A DNA stretch of 63,502 bases, counting the filler, from Olpidium bornovanus S191 (taxonomy: Eukaryota; Fungi; Olpidiomycota): the NCBI GenBank assembly GCA_017911155.1. It is 28 parts of 28 records of this genome, joined end to end, with 100 filler letters (N's around TTAATTAATTAA, not from the genome) between each part and the next. Parts side by side here need not be neighbours in the genome. Positions count along the whole stretch, not along the records: positions 33,684 to 36,775 come from JAEFCI010001849.1; positions 36,876 to 38,732 come from JAEFCI010007067.1; positions 38,833 to 40,036 come from JAEFCI010002523.1; positions 40,137 to 41,321 come from JAEFCI010011497.1; positions 41,422 to 45,128 come from JAEFCI010004040.1; positions 45,229 to 46,516 come from JAEFCI010001724.1; 22 more parts are not named here. One strand, written 5' to 3'. Position 1 is the stretch's first letter. Every line of letters starts with the position of its first letter. Below, in pieces: positions 33,960 to 46,616 of this stretch. A model generated the notes under the pieces. It had not been told where the DNA came from. It saw nothing but the letters and a program-made list of their open reading frames with translations, and ran no database searches. The position numbers were made by a program, and so were the translations under genes.

Positions 33960-36755
33960 ATGGCTGCCGCTCCCGCCGCGCCCGCCGCGCCCGCCGCGCT
34001 GGCGAACGCCTCGGACGACGCCGGCGGCAGTTTCGTCGGCGAAGCACACGGAGGAGCCGGGCACGGAACGCGGCCCGCTGAAGCCCGCGATAAAATGGCG
34101 GGCGTCCCCTCGACGCCCGCCGAGCCGCCGGCAGACTCGGGCGCAGGCGCTGCCTCTTCCGCGTCCGCGCCTACCCGGACGAGCGCGAGGATCGCTCAGA
34201 ACAACACGCGCAAGAGGAAGGCGGAGGAACAGCGCGCCGCGGAAGAAGCCTCTGCCGCCCGGGTGCCGCCTCAGAAAAGGCGAAACGGGCTTGCCTCGCC
34301 CTCCAAAGCCAAACCGGCGTCAAAGAGAGGTACCCGGGCCAAGGCGCAGGCTGAACAGACGCAAGATACGCCACGGGCGGGAACGGGCGGAGGCGTGACC
34401 GCGAGCGCTGCGACCGTCGCGGCGCCCGCCACCATTGCTGTCGCGAGAGCGGTCGCCACCGCGAATGGAGTAGGGGAGCAAGCCGGCCTGAAAGGAGAGC
34501 TCGGAGAGACGGAATTGCCGGTGAAGAAGGACAAGGGCAAGCAAGTTGACCGTTCCGGTGAGCCGTCTTCGTCGAGGTCGCTCTATGTCCTCCCACGCTT
34601 GCATTTCTGGCCGGCTGAACGGTGCCCTCTTAGGCTTTGGCGAGGACATGTCTTCCCCGGACTCGCCGGATTTCGAACCTTGTCTTTCGAACTACATCTA
34701 TGACCCGATCGACGAGAGCCCCATAGACGAACTTGCGCAAGACGCTGACGCAGAAGAAGACGAGGTACTCGGTAACTGGTGGATTTTTTATCCTGACCGC
34801 AGGCCTGTGATGAAGCCTTGCCCGGAAAACCCAGAGCTCAGCATGTCCACCGCAGCTGCCGCCTATCATAGAGCGGGACCTCCATCGGGCCAGCCAGCAG
34901 GTCCCTCTGCGGGACCGTCTTCTGCAGGCGATGTGGGCGGAGATGTGGCTGCCGAAAGCGGGGTTGACGTGAGCGACGGCGTGAAGCACACCGACGAGCT
35001 TTTCGTTTGCGATATGCAAATTAGTATGAAGGCCAAGCTACGCCGGGACGAGATGGATGATTGCGAAATCTTCAAGATGTACAAGCTGTCCGTAGCACGG
35101 TAGGGAACATGCAAAAAGTTTTATGAAGCTTTCCTTGTTTTTGATGGACCTTGAACAAGTATATACCTTCTCTCCGTATTGTCACCAGTCCGAAGATTGA
35201 GAATGAGCGTTATGTTTACGAGTACGGCAACCACCGGAAGCGAGAACATGTCACGTACGAGTTGCCCACAAATTTCTGGATCAGCCGGATTGAAAGCCAG
35301 GACGAGGATCTCCCGGAGATCACGAATGCGGATTTCTCACATTTGGAGGCTGCTGACCCATACACAAACGCGAAGGTGAAGTCGGCAACCTATTCCTTCA
35401 ACCGGGCTGCGGAAACGCAGGACAGCGACGGCTTCGTGACCAGGGAAGAGCGGAATATCGAACGAGATCTCCTTGCCAGTTACATGCTGTACGTGCGCAA
35501 AACAAGAAGGCTGGTTCCCTTTGAAGCGCATAGTTACCCACCGCCATCCAACCTCGGGGATACTGCCCGCCGGTTTTTTCGCGCAGTCGTTCGGCCTTAC
35601 GATCCGGACGTTGCTGAAGACTACGGCCCGTGCCGACCCGACAAGGATATGCGCACCGTATCTCTTTATCTCCGCTCAAAGTTATTGAACCAGGCCATCC
35701 GCCAGGGCGCCAACATTAAACACGTCGCGAGTGTACTTTCCGATTATCTATACCCTGTCATCAGTGGTAGCATTTCGCGGCACCTGTACGTCCTCTCAGA
35801 TACCACTTCCGAGCCTGAAAAATCACCTCCGACCGGGTTCGCTTTGGAGCTGTACGACTATCAGAAGCGAACCTTGAATTGGATGATGCGGTTGGAGAAT
35901 GACGAGAGGGAGACACTGGAGATTCGACGCTTTTCCGCCCCCGACATCAACAAGGAGGTACTGAAGCTGGGCCCCTCAGGGTGCTACTTCTACCCAAAGG
36001 ATCGTCGGTTCACCGTACGGAACCACTGCGACGCCCGACCGAGCGACGTGAAACGCGTCCGCGTCCGCGGTGGCTTAGTCCTCGACAGTGAGTCTTCCGT
36101 ATACGTTTTGATGATGATCACGTGGGAATTGTGCGCCTGAAGACGCGTATCCGCTTTTCTAGAGGTCGGCTCCGGAAAAACCGTTACTCTGCTCGCGCTA
36201 ATACACTCGAACCCGTTCAGAAGCGTTCGGAACATTCCTTGGAAGCAATCCCAGGACCGTGAGCTTTACCTTCCGGCCCGCGGCAGCCTGGTGATTGTGC
36301 CCGCGAACCTGGCCACGCAGTGGTCGATGGAGGCTCGCCGCTGCCTGCCTCCACAGACGAAAGTCATCTTGCTCACGACAATGGTCGAATATCGGAAGAT
36401 TTCGTGGTCCGACCTGCTCCTCGCGGATCTGGTTATCGTCACCCTTCCCTTCCTCCAGAATCCGACGTACCGTGCAAGGATCGCGCAGATTGCCGGGCAA
36501 TCCGCCTACAAAATATCCAGCAAGTACAGCAGACGTAGCTTATATCATAACTTGGATGCTCAACAGTTCACGCGCGAGCTTGACCGGATGATGCTCGCGC
36601 TGACTTGCCAGGGGCGGGCCCAGTTTGGCGGGAGGAGCAATTGCTGTATAATAGAGCGGGTGCATTGGCACCGGATTGTCATCGACGAATTCCACGAACT
36701 GGGAAAGAACTCGAAGGTGTGGTAGACAGTGACTTTTCATTAGCGCGGAATGATG
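33960..36755 (+). CDS. SNF2-family ATPase, Rad5/Rad16/SHPRH-like, N-terminal part, 3'-truncated
   Basis: LYDYQKRTLNWMMRLE (Q motif), RGGLVLD|EVGSGKTVTLLALIHSN (Walker A), GSLVIVPANLATQWSMEA (Ia) and WHRIVIDEFHE (Walker B). Joining the upstream exons from 33960 is less certain. Confidence 0.85.
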
Positions 36756-37443
36756 CTGACCATCTATTTTCCATGNNNNNNNNNNNNNNNNNNNNNNNNN
36801 NNNNNNNNNNNNNNNNNNNTTAATTAATTAANNNNNNNNNNNNNNNNNNNNNNNNNNNNNNNNNNNNNNNNNNNNCATGGCACACTCCGTGAGTGCGTGT
36901 TGGAAAACAAACGTTTTGCGCCGGTTTTGGGGCTTGGGGATGCGGGACGTTCCGGGCACCGCGCGAGTGCGCGAAATAAATTGAAAACCCTGACGGGGCG
37001 CACACGCGCGCACGCGTCCTCGTCCAAAAACGCGGACGAGGGGAGGCGGGTGCCTCTCTGTTGCATTGGCGACGGAGGGCCCGCGCTGCACCCCCACTTT
37101 CCCCAAACGACTTTTCTGCAGAAATTTGAACCGTTGGGCGCCGTTCGTCCGTCGAGGGGTGTACGGTTCGGGGGTAAAGGAGGCGTTTTTAGATGATGGG
37201 ACGGTGTGATTGCTCAAGGAGCTGCGAAACCAAGCCGGATATTTCACGTGACCGGCATAGCACACCCTCTCCCCCTATATACCTCCCCGTCTTCCCCCTT
37301 TTTTTTTTTTTTCTTTTGACTTTTGTCCAAAAGTTGACCAACAATCCCCGGCCCAACCGCAGCTTCAGACCAGCCGAAGAGTCGAACGCACGTAAAACCC
37401 CGTCCCGCGAAAGGCGAAACGTTTTTGGGAACGAGTTGCAGCG

Positions 37444-38732
37444 ATGGAGTACGTGTTTCCTGGTTTCTTTTCCCGTTTCCGGGGACCCTCCTTTGGGAAG
37501 GACGACGAGGTCCCGTTTCCGGGAACCCTCCTTTGGGAAGGACGACGAGGTCCCGTTTCCGCCCGTTTCCGGGGACCCTCCTTTGGGAAGGACGACGAGG
37601 TCCCGTTCCCGCGGAGCGCCAGAGTTTAGCGTCGGTTCCCGTGGAAGGAAGCGGGGTGGGGAGACTCTTGCGGTGTTCAATTTCTTTCCTACGACGCTGG
37701 CGCCCAGCCCTGCGTGTTATCGTCGACATGTTCAAGCTGCGGGGCCCGCGCTGTCTCATCTCGGGAAAGACGCTTTCGGCCGCGCCGAACGCCGGGGCGG
37801 GGCCCAGTTTCTTCCCGCTGTCCTCGAACGCGCGGAATTTCGCCCGCTGCGGGTGGCAAGTCAGGCGAACTGCCTACTTTTGCTTCAATACGTTCTGACC
37901 CCCGCCGTCTTTTCGTGCCTTTCCCTCGCCCATTGTTACCCCGAAGTTTCCAAAACCGTGCGGGCAGCAAGGTTTGGTTTCGTCGGGTTTTCTTTTCCCT
38001 TTTTTTCGGCTGTAAACCTTGTGCTGGTTTATAATTGTTAGATGCTGACCCCGCACGTACCTGCCCGTGTTTTGTCCGACTGTAGCCCGGTTCCGCTGGC
38101 GTGGCCGGTCATTCCGAGAGCAGCCTCGATCGTCGGGAACGTCTGCGGAGACTGGCGCTGGAAGTGATCAACCTGGAGACCGACCCGTATTTCATGAAAG
38201 TACGCGATCCCGCAAACTGTAACGCGCCGCCGTCTCTCGCTCGCTGAGCGCCTTGTTTGCTTATCCCGTCTCTGCTTCGCAGAACCATTTGGGGTCTTAC
38301 GAATGCAAGCTCTGCCTTACCTTGCACACGAACGAGGGAAGCTACCTTGCCCACACTCAGGGCAAAAAACACCAGACTAATCTTGCGCGGCGCGCTGCTC
38401 TCGACGCCAGATACCGTGACTCGGCGCTGCCGGCGCGGCCGGGGATGGGGTCGGGCTCACTGACGGTGAAGAAGAACATCATTAAGATTGGTCGCCCGGG
38501 TTATAAGGTCACCAAGGTGCGCGATCCGGCCACACGGCAGGTCGGCCTGCTCTTCCATATCCAATACCCCGAGATGAACGTGGCGGATGCTGGTCATCCG
38601 CGTCACCGGTTCATGTCTGCATACGAGCAGAAGGTAGAGCCTGCCAACCGGGCCTGGCAGTACCTCATCTTCGCGGCGGAGCCGTACGAGAACATTTCCT
38701 TCAAGATTCAGTCCCGCGAGATAGACAAATCC
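37444..38732 (+). CDS. SF3A2: Splicing factor 3A subunit 2 (SF3a66/Prp11), 3'-truncated; coding exons 37444-37448, 37947-37971, 38086 onward, then a further exon from about 38283
   Basis: MD|FQNRAGSK|PGSAGVAGHSESSLDRRERLRRLALEVINLETDPYFMK|NHLGSYECKLCLTLHTNEGSYLAHTQGKKHQTNLARRAA...IGRPGYKVTK...PRHRFMSAYEQKVE. Confidence 0.96.
37472..37609 (+). repeat. Three 40-bp tandem units CCCGTTTCCGGGRACCCTCCTTTGGGAAGGACGACGAGGT in SF3A2 intron 1
   Basis: Units at 37472-37511, 37512-37551 and 37562-37601, with a 10-bp partial unit before the third. Confidence 0.95.
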
Positions 38733-38832
38733 NNNNNNNNNNNNNNNNNNNNNNNNNNNNNNNNNNNNNNNNNNNNTTAATTAATTAANNNNNNNNNNNN
38801 NNNNNNNNNNNNNNNNNNNNNNNNNNNNNNNN

Positions 38833-40020
38833 CCATGGTGTTCTTCCCCTCGCAACCCCGTCCATAACGCTCAAACGCGCGCCAACGCTTTTGCACCGCC
38901 TGAGCGTAGGGACGTGCATTCCGCCCTTCGCAGCCGCTGTCGCACCGGCGGCAGCGTGCCGCTCGAATTCCCGCTCGTAAATCGCCGACACTGTGCGCCT
39001 CAGCTGCCCGGCCCGCCCGGAATCCTTTTCCACGAAGCTGCAGGTCGTCTCGTTCAGATGCCGGGGACGGTCATCGAAGACTCGCTGTGGGGTTTCTCCA
39101 GGTTCCCGCCGGCCGGAAATCCGTGCGGCGCAGGCCACCGCGTGTTTGTACAGCGCCTGCTGGGAACGGACGATATGCTCAAAACGCTCGAACGATGACG
39201 CCCGCCGCTTCCGTTTGCCCTCGGGGGTGTTCTTCGACAGCTCATTGCTTTTATCTGAACAATTCGAGCCGAGGTATCGGCACCTTCCTGATTGCGCGCT
39301 TCCGGAATACCGTAGAGTTCGCACCTTTGAACGTCACGACGTCCGGCTGACCGGGAATGGAGATCGCGCTTTCTTCCCTTTCACGACTTCCGGGCATTCT
39401 GACCATGACTGATGTTTGCGTGGCGGCTTCACGTGTCCGTTCTGGTGTTGCCCGTGATGAGGGGGACCAGGCGCCGGGCACGGCCGAGAATCGTCTGTGA
39501 ATGCGGCACACCGGACCGCAGTAATCAGCGTTCCGCGCGGGGCAAGTTGCCGGCTGGAAAACTCGGGAAACAGCCGAAACCACGCGCGAGTCACGTACTT
39601 TCTCCAATCCTTTCCGGAGGCTGAAGCTTCAGCGCGAGCAGACGACTTCGCGGATTTTGCACTTTGCGCGTTGGCTTCCTGCAAGGTGGCGTGGGATGCG
39701 TTGAGTGGTCAGGAGAATCTCAAGTCACACGCGTGGAATGCAGTTACAACCAGCAGCTTGCGTGTCAACTTTTCCCATAAAGATATGCGCTTTTCGCTGC
39801 GGATATTCTTCAACTGACTCCTCGATTGCTCCAGCATCCGCACGGCTATATCGAGCGCCTTGACCTGCCTCCGGAAATCTTTTTCTAACTCCGTCAGCGC
39901 TGCCTTCTTGTCAAGCCATGAGCACCCATACATTCCGACCTGCTTAAGGAGCTCAAAGACTGGCTCGTGAAGCGTGGACTTTGAGCGAAAGATCCTGGAG
40001 AATAGTAGCGTCAGACTCAA
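38833..40020 (-). CDS. Probable exons of an unidentified helical protein
   Basis: KKAALTELEKDFRRQVKALDIAVRMLEQSRSQLKNIRSEKRISLWEK and SNELSKNTPEGKRKRRASSFERFEHIVRSQQALYKHAV...SAIYEREFERH. Confidence 0.4.
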
Positions 40021-41243
40021 TTTTATGTGACTGGGANNNNNNNNNNNNNNNNNNNNNNNNNNNNNNNNNNNNNNNNNNNNTTAATTAATTAANNNNNNNN
40101 NNNNNNNNNNNNNNNNNNNNNNNNNNNNNNNNNNNNCATGGATGGTCCGTCTGAAAGGCAGGAAGTTGGAACCGGTACAGCTGTTCAGGAGGAAGCTGGC
40201 TCAATGGACGAGCAGTTGGTTTTGCAGTGGAGGAACAGGTGGAAAGGTTCTCCAAGGCTGATGCGCTGAATTGGTCTCAATCTCACCATTTCCCTTCTTG
40301 ATCTTTCTCGGGAGGACCATTGTGTAGCTCATCGTACTCTCTGGCAACTTCAATTTGGTCTCCGTACTGCTAGCACCACCCAGACTACTCTTGATTCCTG
40401 GCTTTCAGTAGTTTCCTTCCCTTCAGTTCAACGTTTTTTCATCACTCTTCCACTTATACAGAAGTGCTGTGTTCAGATTTCTGCCTTGCAATAACTAGAA
40501 ATTATCCCTTTAATATGGAATATGCGGCCTTTTGGGTAAATCCATATTCCGTATTCCGTAGCGACCATAAAGCGAGGTCGGTAGAAATGATATTCCATTC
40601 CGTAGCAGAGGATATTCCATACCGGAGGATTCCATATCAGAGTGAAGGCTGTACGGAGTTTTCCGTACACGCGTGATCGTCACACCGGATACATTGCGCC
40701 CCGTAAGACCACCATAACTGAACGAACGGTCCGGGAGTAAATTGCACACAATCCGAGCCACCCCCCGCGAGAGGGGCAACGGGGTGGTGTTTTGATTGGT
40801 GCCGATGCCAATCCAACAACGTGTTGACTACACGCACTCTCTCGTGTCGAGCTGCCGCACGGAACGCTCTTGTTGCGTGTTCGGCCCAGCGCGACCTTGC
40901 AAACCATTGCCCGGCCCACACACTCCACACCCCACCTCACGCACGTCTTCGGTTCTGCGGGCGGTATGGCGAACCAGCTGCTGCAGCGCCTTGAGGAGGC
41001 TCTCCGGTCCGCCGCCGCCGCCGCCGCCGCGGGAGCCGAAGCAGATGCACGAGGCGCGGCAACGGCGGCGCCGCCGGAGCCGCCCAGGGCGACTTGCGAG
41101 CTCGTGCTGAAGAACGCCAAAGAGCCGCTCCTGGTCGCCGTGGCGGAGCTCCGGTCGTCCCCGACCTTGAGGTGCGCCGCCGCCCGACCGAGCAACTTTT
41201 TGACGAACTGCCGTCGGAAGAGGGAGGGGGGGGGGGGGGGGGG

Positions 41244-41297
<54 letters not shown>

Positions 41298-42723
41298 GGG
41301 GGGGGGGGGGGAAGGGGGGGGNNNNNNNNNNNNNNNNNNNNNNNNNNNNNNNNNNNNNNNNNNNNTTAATTAATTAANNNNNNNNNNNNNNNNNNNNNNN
41401 NNNNNNNNNNNNNNNNNNNNNCCGCCGCTCCGCGCCATCCGCACGAAGCCACGACGAAGGCAGCTCCAACAATTACAGTGACGGCGACGAAAGGTTCTTC
41501 GCGGCCCCTGAGCCAGTCGAACTCGTGGGAGTGGGATCGACACAACCAGGCACGTCGGGGGAATCGCCTTCCCTAACCGCGGATAACAGTCTTGCAACGT
41601 GTGTGGGTTGGACAGACAGTGGAATGACTCGCGAGTAAACCTTCCCCCAGAGGCGTTTTTGGATGGGTCTTTTCGTTAATCCCTTTAATGGGATTTTCAA
41701 CGGTACAAAAACCTTTACGATCTCGGTTTCGTCTGACCACCATGGAACAAGGAAAAGAGGGGGATCGGTTCGGGTGAGCGCGGAGATACGGTGAACGGGA
41801 CGTATTCGCTCTAAAAAAAAAAAGAACAAGGGCTTCGGGCAGATCACGGGGAGAAATTTTGCCTATGGCAACGGGAGGCAACATAAAAGATAACTATATA
41901 CTTCTCTGGCGTCTCCCGCGCACCCTCCAACACCCCTTCCATGGTGAGCGCAGCGCATCGAAGACATCAATCACAACAAATAGGCCATCTTCGACACGCT
42001 CTTTGATGCCGTCGCAGAAGCAACGTGCATCCAAACGCACAGTCGGCGGCACGACAAGGAAATGCGCTCCTTGCGGGGGAGCAACCGCAGGACTTGCGCT
42101 CGTACGACGAGGCTGTTTTTATCCATTGGGCGCTCTATAGGTGGTCTGCATTGGGGGGAAAATTTGAGTACCGGAGAGTCCCGCTTTGGAACAAGCGGAC
42201 GCGTTGTATGCGGGCCGGCGTTGATAGGGAATGCAAAAAAAAAAAAAAAAATAAAATAAAAAAAAATAAAAAAACAAATAAAACAAATAAAAAAATAAAA
42301 AAATAACGAAGCAAGCTCTACATGTCTAAGAAATCCCGGCCCTGTCCGAAATCGAACGCAATTTGACTTTTGTTACTTTAAGCCCTATTGAAGGGGGCCC
42401 CAGTCTATTAAAGGCGTATCGTTGCACAACTACATGTACTTCCTTTTTCGGTTTGGAAGCGGTGGATACCGTCGCCGTTGGGTGAGTCCGCGGCATGGGC
42501 AGAGGTCGTCAATGTTGCAAACAATCCAAAGATAGAAGGGACAAAAAAACATTACCTACTAACTTTTTTTTGACACGCGGGATGATGGGATCTTTGAGGC
42601 AACCCAACGACCATACGCCGAGGCCGCCCGCAACTCTTCTCGGCACCCTGCGCAGCGCGAAGCATACGCGAAGGCTGGACACCGCCTCGGAACCCTGATC
42701 CTGCGGGCTGGGAAGAAGGAAGG

Positions 42724-43190
42724 TATTTTTTTGCGACGGCGCATCTTCTTTTTTTGCCGACGGCGCATCTTCTTTTTTTTGCGACGGCGCATCTTCTTTT
42801 TTTGCCGACGGCCCCCCTTTTTTTTTTTGCGACGGCGCATCTTCTTTTGACGGGCGCATCTTCTTTTTTTGCGACGGCACATTTTCTTTCTTTTTGCGAC
42901 GGGCGAATCTTCTTTTTTTGAGACGTGCGAATCTTATTTTTTTTGCAACGTGCGCATCTTTTTTTTGCGACGTGCGCGCGCGCGGAAATTAATTTTTTTT
43001 TCGATGCGCATATTTTTTGCCATGCGTGCATCTTCTTTTTTTGCAACGGGCGCATCTTCTTTTAATGGGCACATCTTCTTTTGACGGGCGCTTCTTCTTT
43101 TGTTTTGGCGAGGGGCGCCCCTTCTTTTTTTTTGCGACGGGCGCATCTTCTTTTGTTTTGCGACGGGCGCATTTTTTTTTCGGCGTCAGC
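42724..43190 (+). repeat. Degenerate 22-24-bp minisatellite, consensus GCGACGGCGCATCTTCTTTTTTT, roughly 20 units
   Basis: Directly visible; a GC box alternates with a T-tract. Confidence 0.9.
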
Positions 43191-43526
43191 GGAGCAAAAG
43201 GTCTCTGTCACGAGCCGTCAAGCGGAGGCTTCACGCGGCCAGAGGTGCCTTGGCGGCGCAGGTGCCCAGGCATTCCAAGGACTGCAGCAAGCTCTAGTCG
43301 GGGGCCCTCCGACTAAAGACAAGCCCAAGTCTCTTGCGAAGGCTGGGAGCAAACGCGTCCGCGGACACCCCGCGGCAAAACCACGTCGTTGCCCGGGCAT
43401 TCTGGGCCATCTGCGATGCAGCCGCAGTGGCCCGGGGAGAGGGAAGGATAAGCTCCGGTGTTCTACGGACAAATCAGAGCGACGCGCGCAAACTTTGCCG
43501 GTCCGCTCGTCCTCGTGCGACCGACT

Positions 43527-43558
<32 letters not shown>

Positions 43559-43601
43559 CCCCCCCCACCCCCCCCCCCCCCCCCCCCGCCCCCCCCCCCC
43601 G

Positions 43602-43637
<36 letters not shown>

Positions 43638-45228
43638 CTTTCCTCGCACCAACCGAAACGCCTGCCACGCAGCGCTTCCTGGCGAACCCAAACCGCTTCC
43701 CACGCGTCTGAGCGTGTTGCCGCAGGGGCCCCCCGGCGCGCTGCTGCAGAAAGTTCCGACCATTGCGGTCGTGGAGCGATCTCGCTCAGCGCCGGCCCCA
43801 CAACCTCTCTTCTCCCACGGCTTGCCTTTCGGAAAATGGCAAAACTCGCGACAATCGTGCCCCCGCGTGCGCTCCAGAGCGCGGCACGTAAGCCTGTCCC
43901 CTGGATGAATAAAAGGCCAACGAAAAATGAAAGCAGGCACGCGAGCACTATGGTGACCCTTTTTCCTCGTCGCTGAAGCAGGCGCAGAGGCGAGGGAAAC
44001 GTGTCAGGAAGCGGGGCGGAGAATGATTGCAAGTGTTCCGGGCGCTCACGGACAACGGTGCTCCGCCCTCCACGCGTAGCGATTCAGGAAACGGCAAAAA
44101 ACTGAATTCGCATCCAGTGACCCCGGTGAAGCGAACCGCGAAACGTCCGAGAAAGCAGCGCCAGCCTGTGGATGCTGCTAAACGGCGCGTCTTGACCAAG
44201 TTCCGGGACGAAAACCGGTGATCAACCAGGTCGTTGCCGCCGCCGCTGCCGCGTGCCGTCGTCTACACTGCCGTTGTCGCCGCCGTCGCCAAACCGCTGT
44301 TGAAGGCGGGCCGGGCCGTCTTCGCAATTATCGTGGCACCGTCGTTGCCGCGGACTTTGCTGCCAGTGGTTCCGCCGGTCACTGATTGTTGCCGCAGTCC
44401 TTTGCTGCCGTCGTTGATGTCATTCGCAGATCGCCGGCATTTTCTTTCTTCCCCACCGCCCCCCTCCCCTTTTGGTTTTTTTTGTTTGTTTTTTTTGTTG
44501 TTTTTTGGGTAGCCGGATGCGGGTTTTTTGCCAAAGATGTGACAAGAACTTCGCAGGTGCGACCGAAAAGCCGCCTGCCGCTCGCCCTTTGCGGACAACA
44601 ACACAACACTTGGGGGGCAGCGTGCGCAAAGCTTGAGAAACGGGCAGTCAATGCCAAATTTCCAAGCGGCGTTAGAACGCTCAGGCGGTGCAGTTTGGTG
44701 GTCGGAAGAATCTGTAGGCCGGACTGGTCCGTGCTTCCGTAGCGGTTCGGCAGGGGCGGCGTTCGCCAGGTGGAGAGGCCAGGAGCCAAGCGCAACCGGG
44801 GCAGGTGCCAACCCTTGCAGAGGCTGGCATGGGAGAACACTACGCGACGAGAATCCTGCAAACCGCGGACGAGGTTGATTCGTGGCACTGCTCGTCGAAG
44901 ATCACGTTGATAAGCGATGGAGAATGGGACTGGGGGCGACCCAAAGGCTCACGGCCAGGGCTCTGACGGCCCGGCAGCACAGGAGTGGTTATACGACCCG
45001 GAGGAGTAGGCTGCGACCGGGACGGGATCGCAGGTGAGCAGCGAGAAGTGCAAGGTCGCCTACCACCACACCGACACCCAGGTCTACAAGGAGCGGGGGA
45101 GTCGGACGACGCCGGGGGTACCGGCAGGNNNNNNNNNNNNNNNNNNNNNNNNNNNNNNNNNNNNNNNNNNNNTTAATTAATTAANNNNNNNNNNNNNNNN
45201 NNNNNNNNNNNNNNNNNNNNNNNNNNNN

Positions 45229-45989
45229 CATGAACGAAAGCAGGCCAGTGAGGATGGTGGAAACGGACCAAGAAGGGTTCCACGTCCCGGCTGCATATAC
45301 CGCGCAGCGAAGGAGTTATAAGGGTTAACGCCAAGTCCTAAGAGGATCTTGGGACGCGGAGGCGGGGTCAGGCGGCGCTTACGATGGAAGTCAGACATCG
45401 AAAGGCATATCTTCGTGTCCGTCTGGAACCGTCCGCTGGGCGTGGTCATGCGAATGGATGGCGGTTTAAACGGACTAACAGGACCGGCGAAAAACGATCA
45501 TAACCAAGAGAAACAAGAGAAATCAGAGGTTTGACTAAAAAACATTCCAAGGAGTTCGACGCCGCGAGTTGCGCGCTCCTCGGTGTCACTTACTAGTCGC
45601 TGGGGAACACGAGCTTGCCGTGGTACTAGAGAACGACGGCAGAGCGGCAGCGAGGGGAAAACCAAGGGTGTCAGCTGATCCGGCGAGCGCCTGTTCGAAA
45701 AAACACCACCAGTTCCGCTCAGTTCACCTCTCCGCCTTCGTACGGTGTCTGCGGTGGGCCGCGAATAACGTAGTGCCTAGTTCCAGGGAAAAGCGCCATG
45801 TGGCAACACCGCCGGGAATTCGGGGGAGGTAAGAAGTGGGGAAGGGGAGGAGCGCGCGCGGGGGGGAAGGGGGGCAGAAACGCACCACTCGAGGATGTTG
45901 GTCTCCAGGGGCTTGGCTATGATGAAGGGCGGAGGGCTCCGCTGGATGAGCATGTACTCCTTCGCCAGCCTCTTCGTCGCCGCTTTCGT
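45229..45989 (-). CDS. UBC6: ER ubiquitin-conjugating enzyme Ubc6/UBE2J2, multi-exon, start unresolved, 3'-truncated
   Basis: [35 protein letters not shown]|[16 protein letters not shown]|[11 protein letters not shown]|[30 protein letters not shown]|[21 protein letters not shown]. Confidence 0.95.
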
Positions 45990-46431
45990 CTAGACCCGCA
46001 AAACGTTTCCGGGCCCGCAACCGAGGCGTTGGACGGGGTTAGGTTACGTCGGCGCGACGGCGAGGAAAGGGTGTGTGTGTGGGGAGAAGGGAAGGGGGGT
46101 GGGGAGCGGAAAGGCGAGGGGAAGGAGGCTTGCGATAGGGTTCCCGCGGCCGTTGTTCCTGGCAACGTTTGACGGGGGCCGGCGGTGTGGTCCGCGCGGG
46201 CGAGAGAGAGAGAGAGCGAGAGCGAGAGCGAGAGCGGGAAGAGAGCGAGAGCGAGAGCGGGAAGAGAGCGCGGGGAGAGAGAGCGGGAACACAATTACTC
46301 CCCGCCATGCGAGCGCCGGCAGTGTCTTTTTCCTTTTTTTTTTTTCTTTTTTTGTTCGATCCTGGGGGTGCCTCGCAACGGAGGGGAGGGGTGTCGTTCC
46401 TCTTTCTGGTGTGTGGCGGGGGCGGGGGGGG

Positions 46432-46511
<80 letters not shown>

Positions 46512-46616
46512 GGGGANNNNNNNNNNNNNNNNNNNNNNNNNNNNNNNNNNNNNNNNNNNNTTAATTAATTAANNNNNNNNNNNNNNNNNNNNNNNNNNNN
46601 NNNNNNNNNNNNNNNN

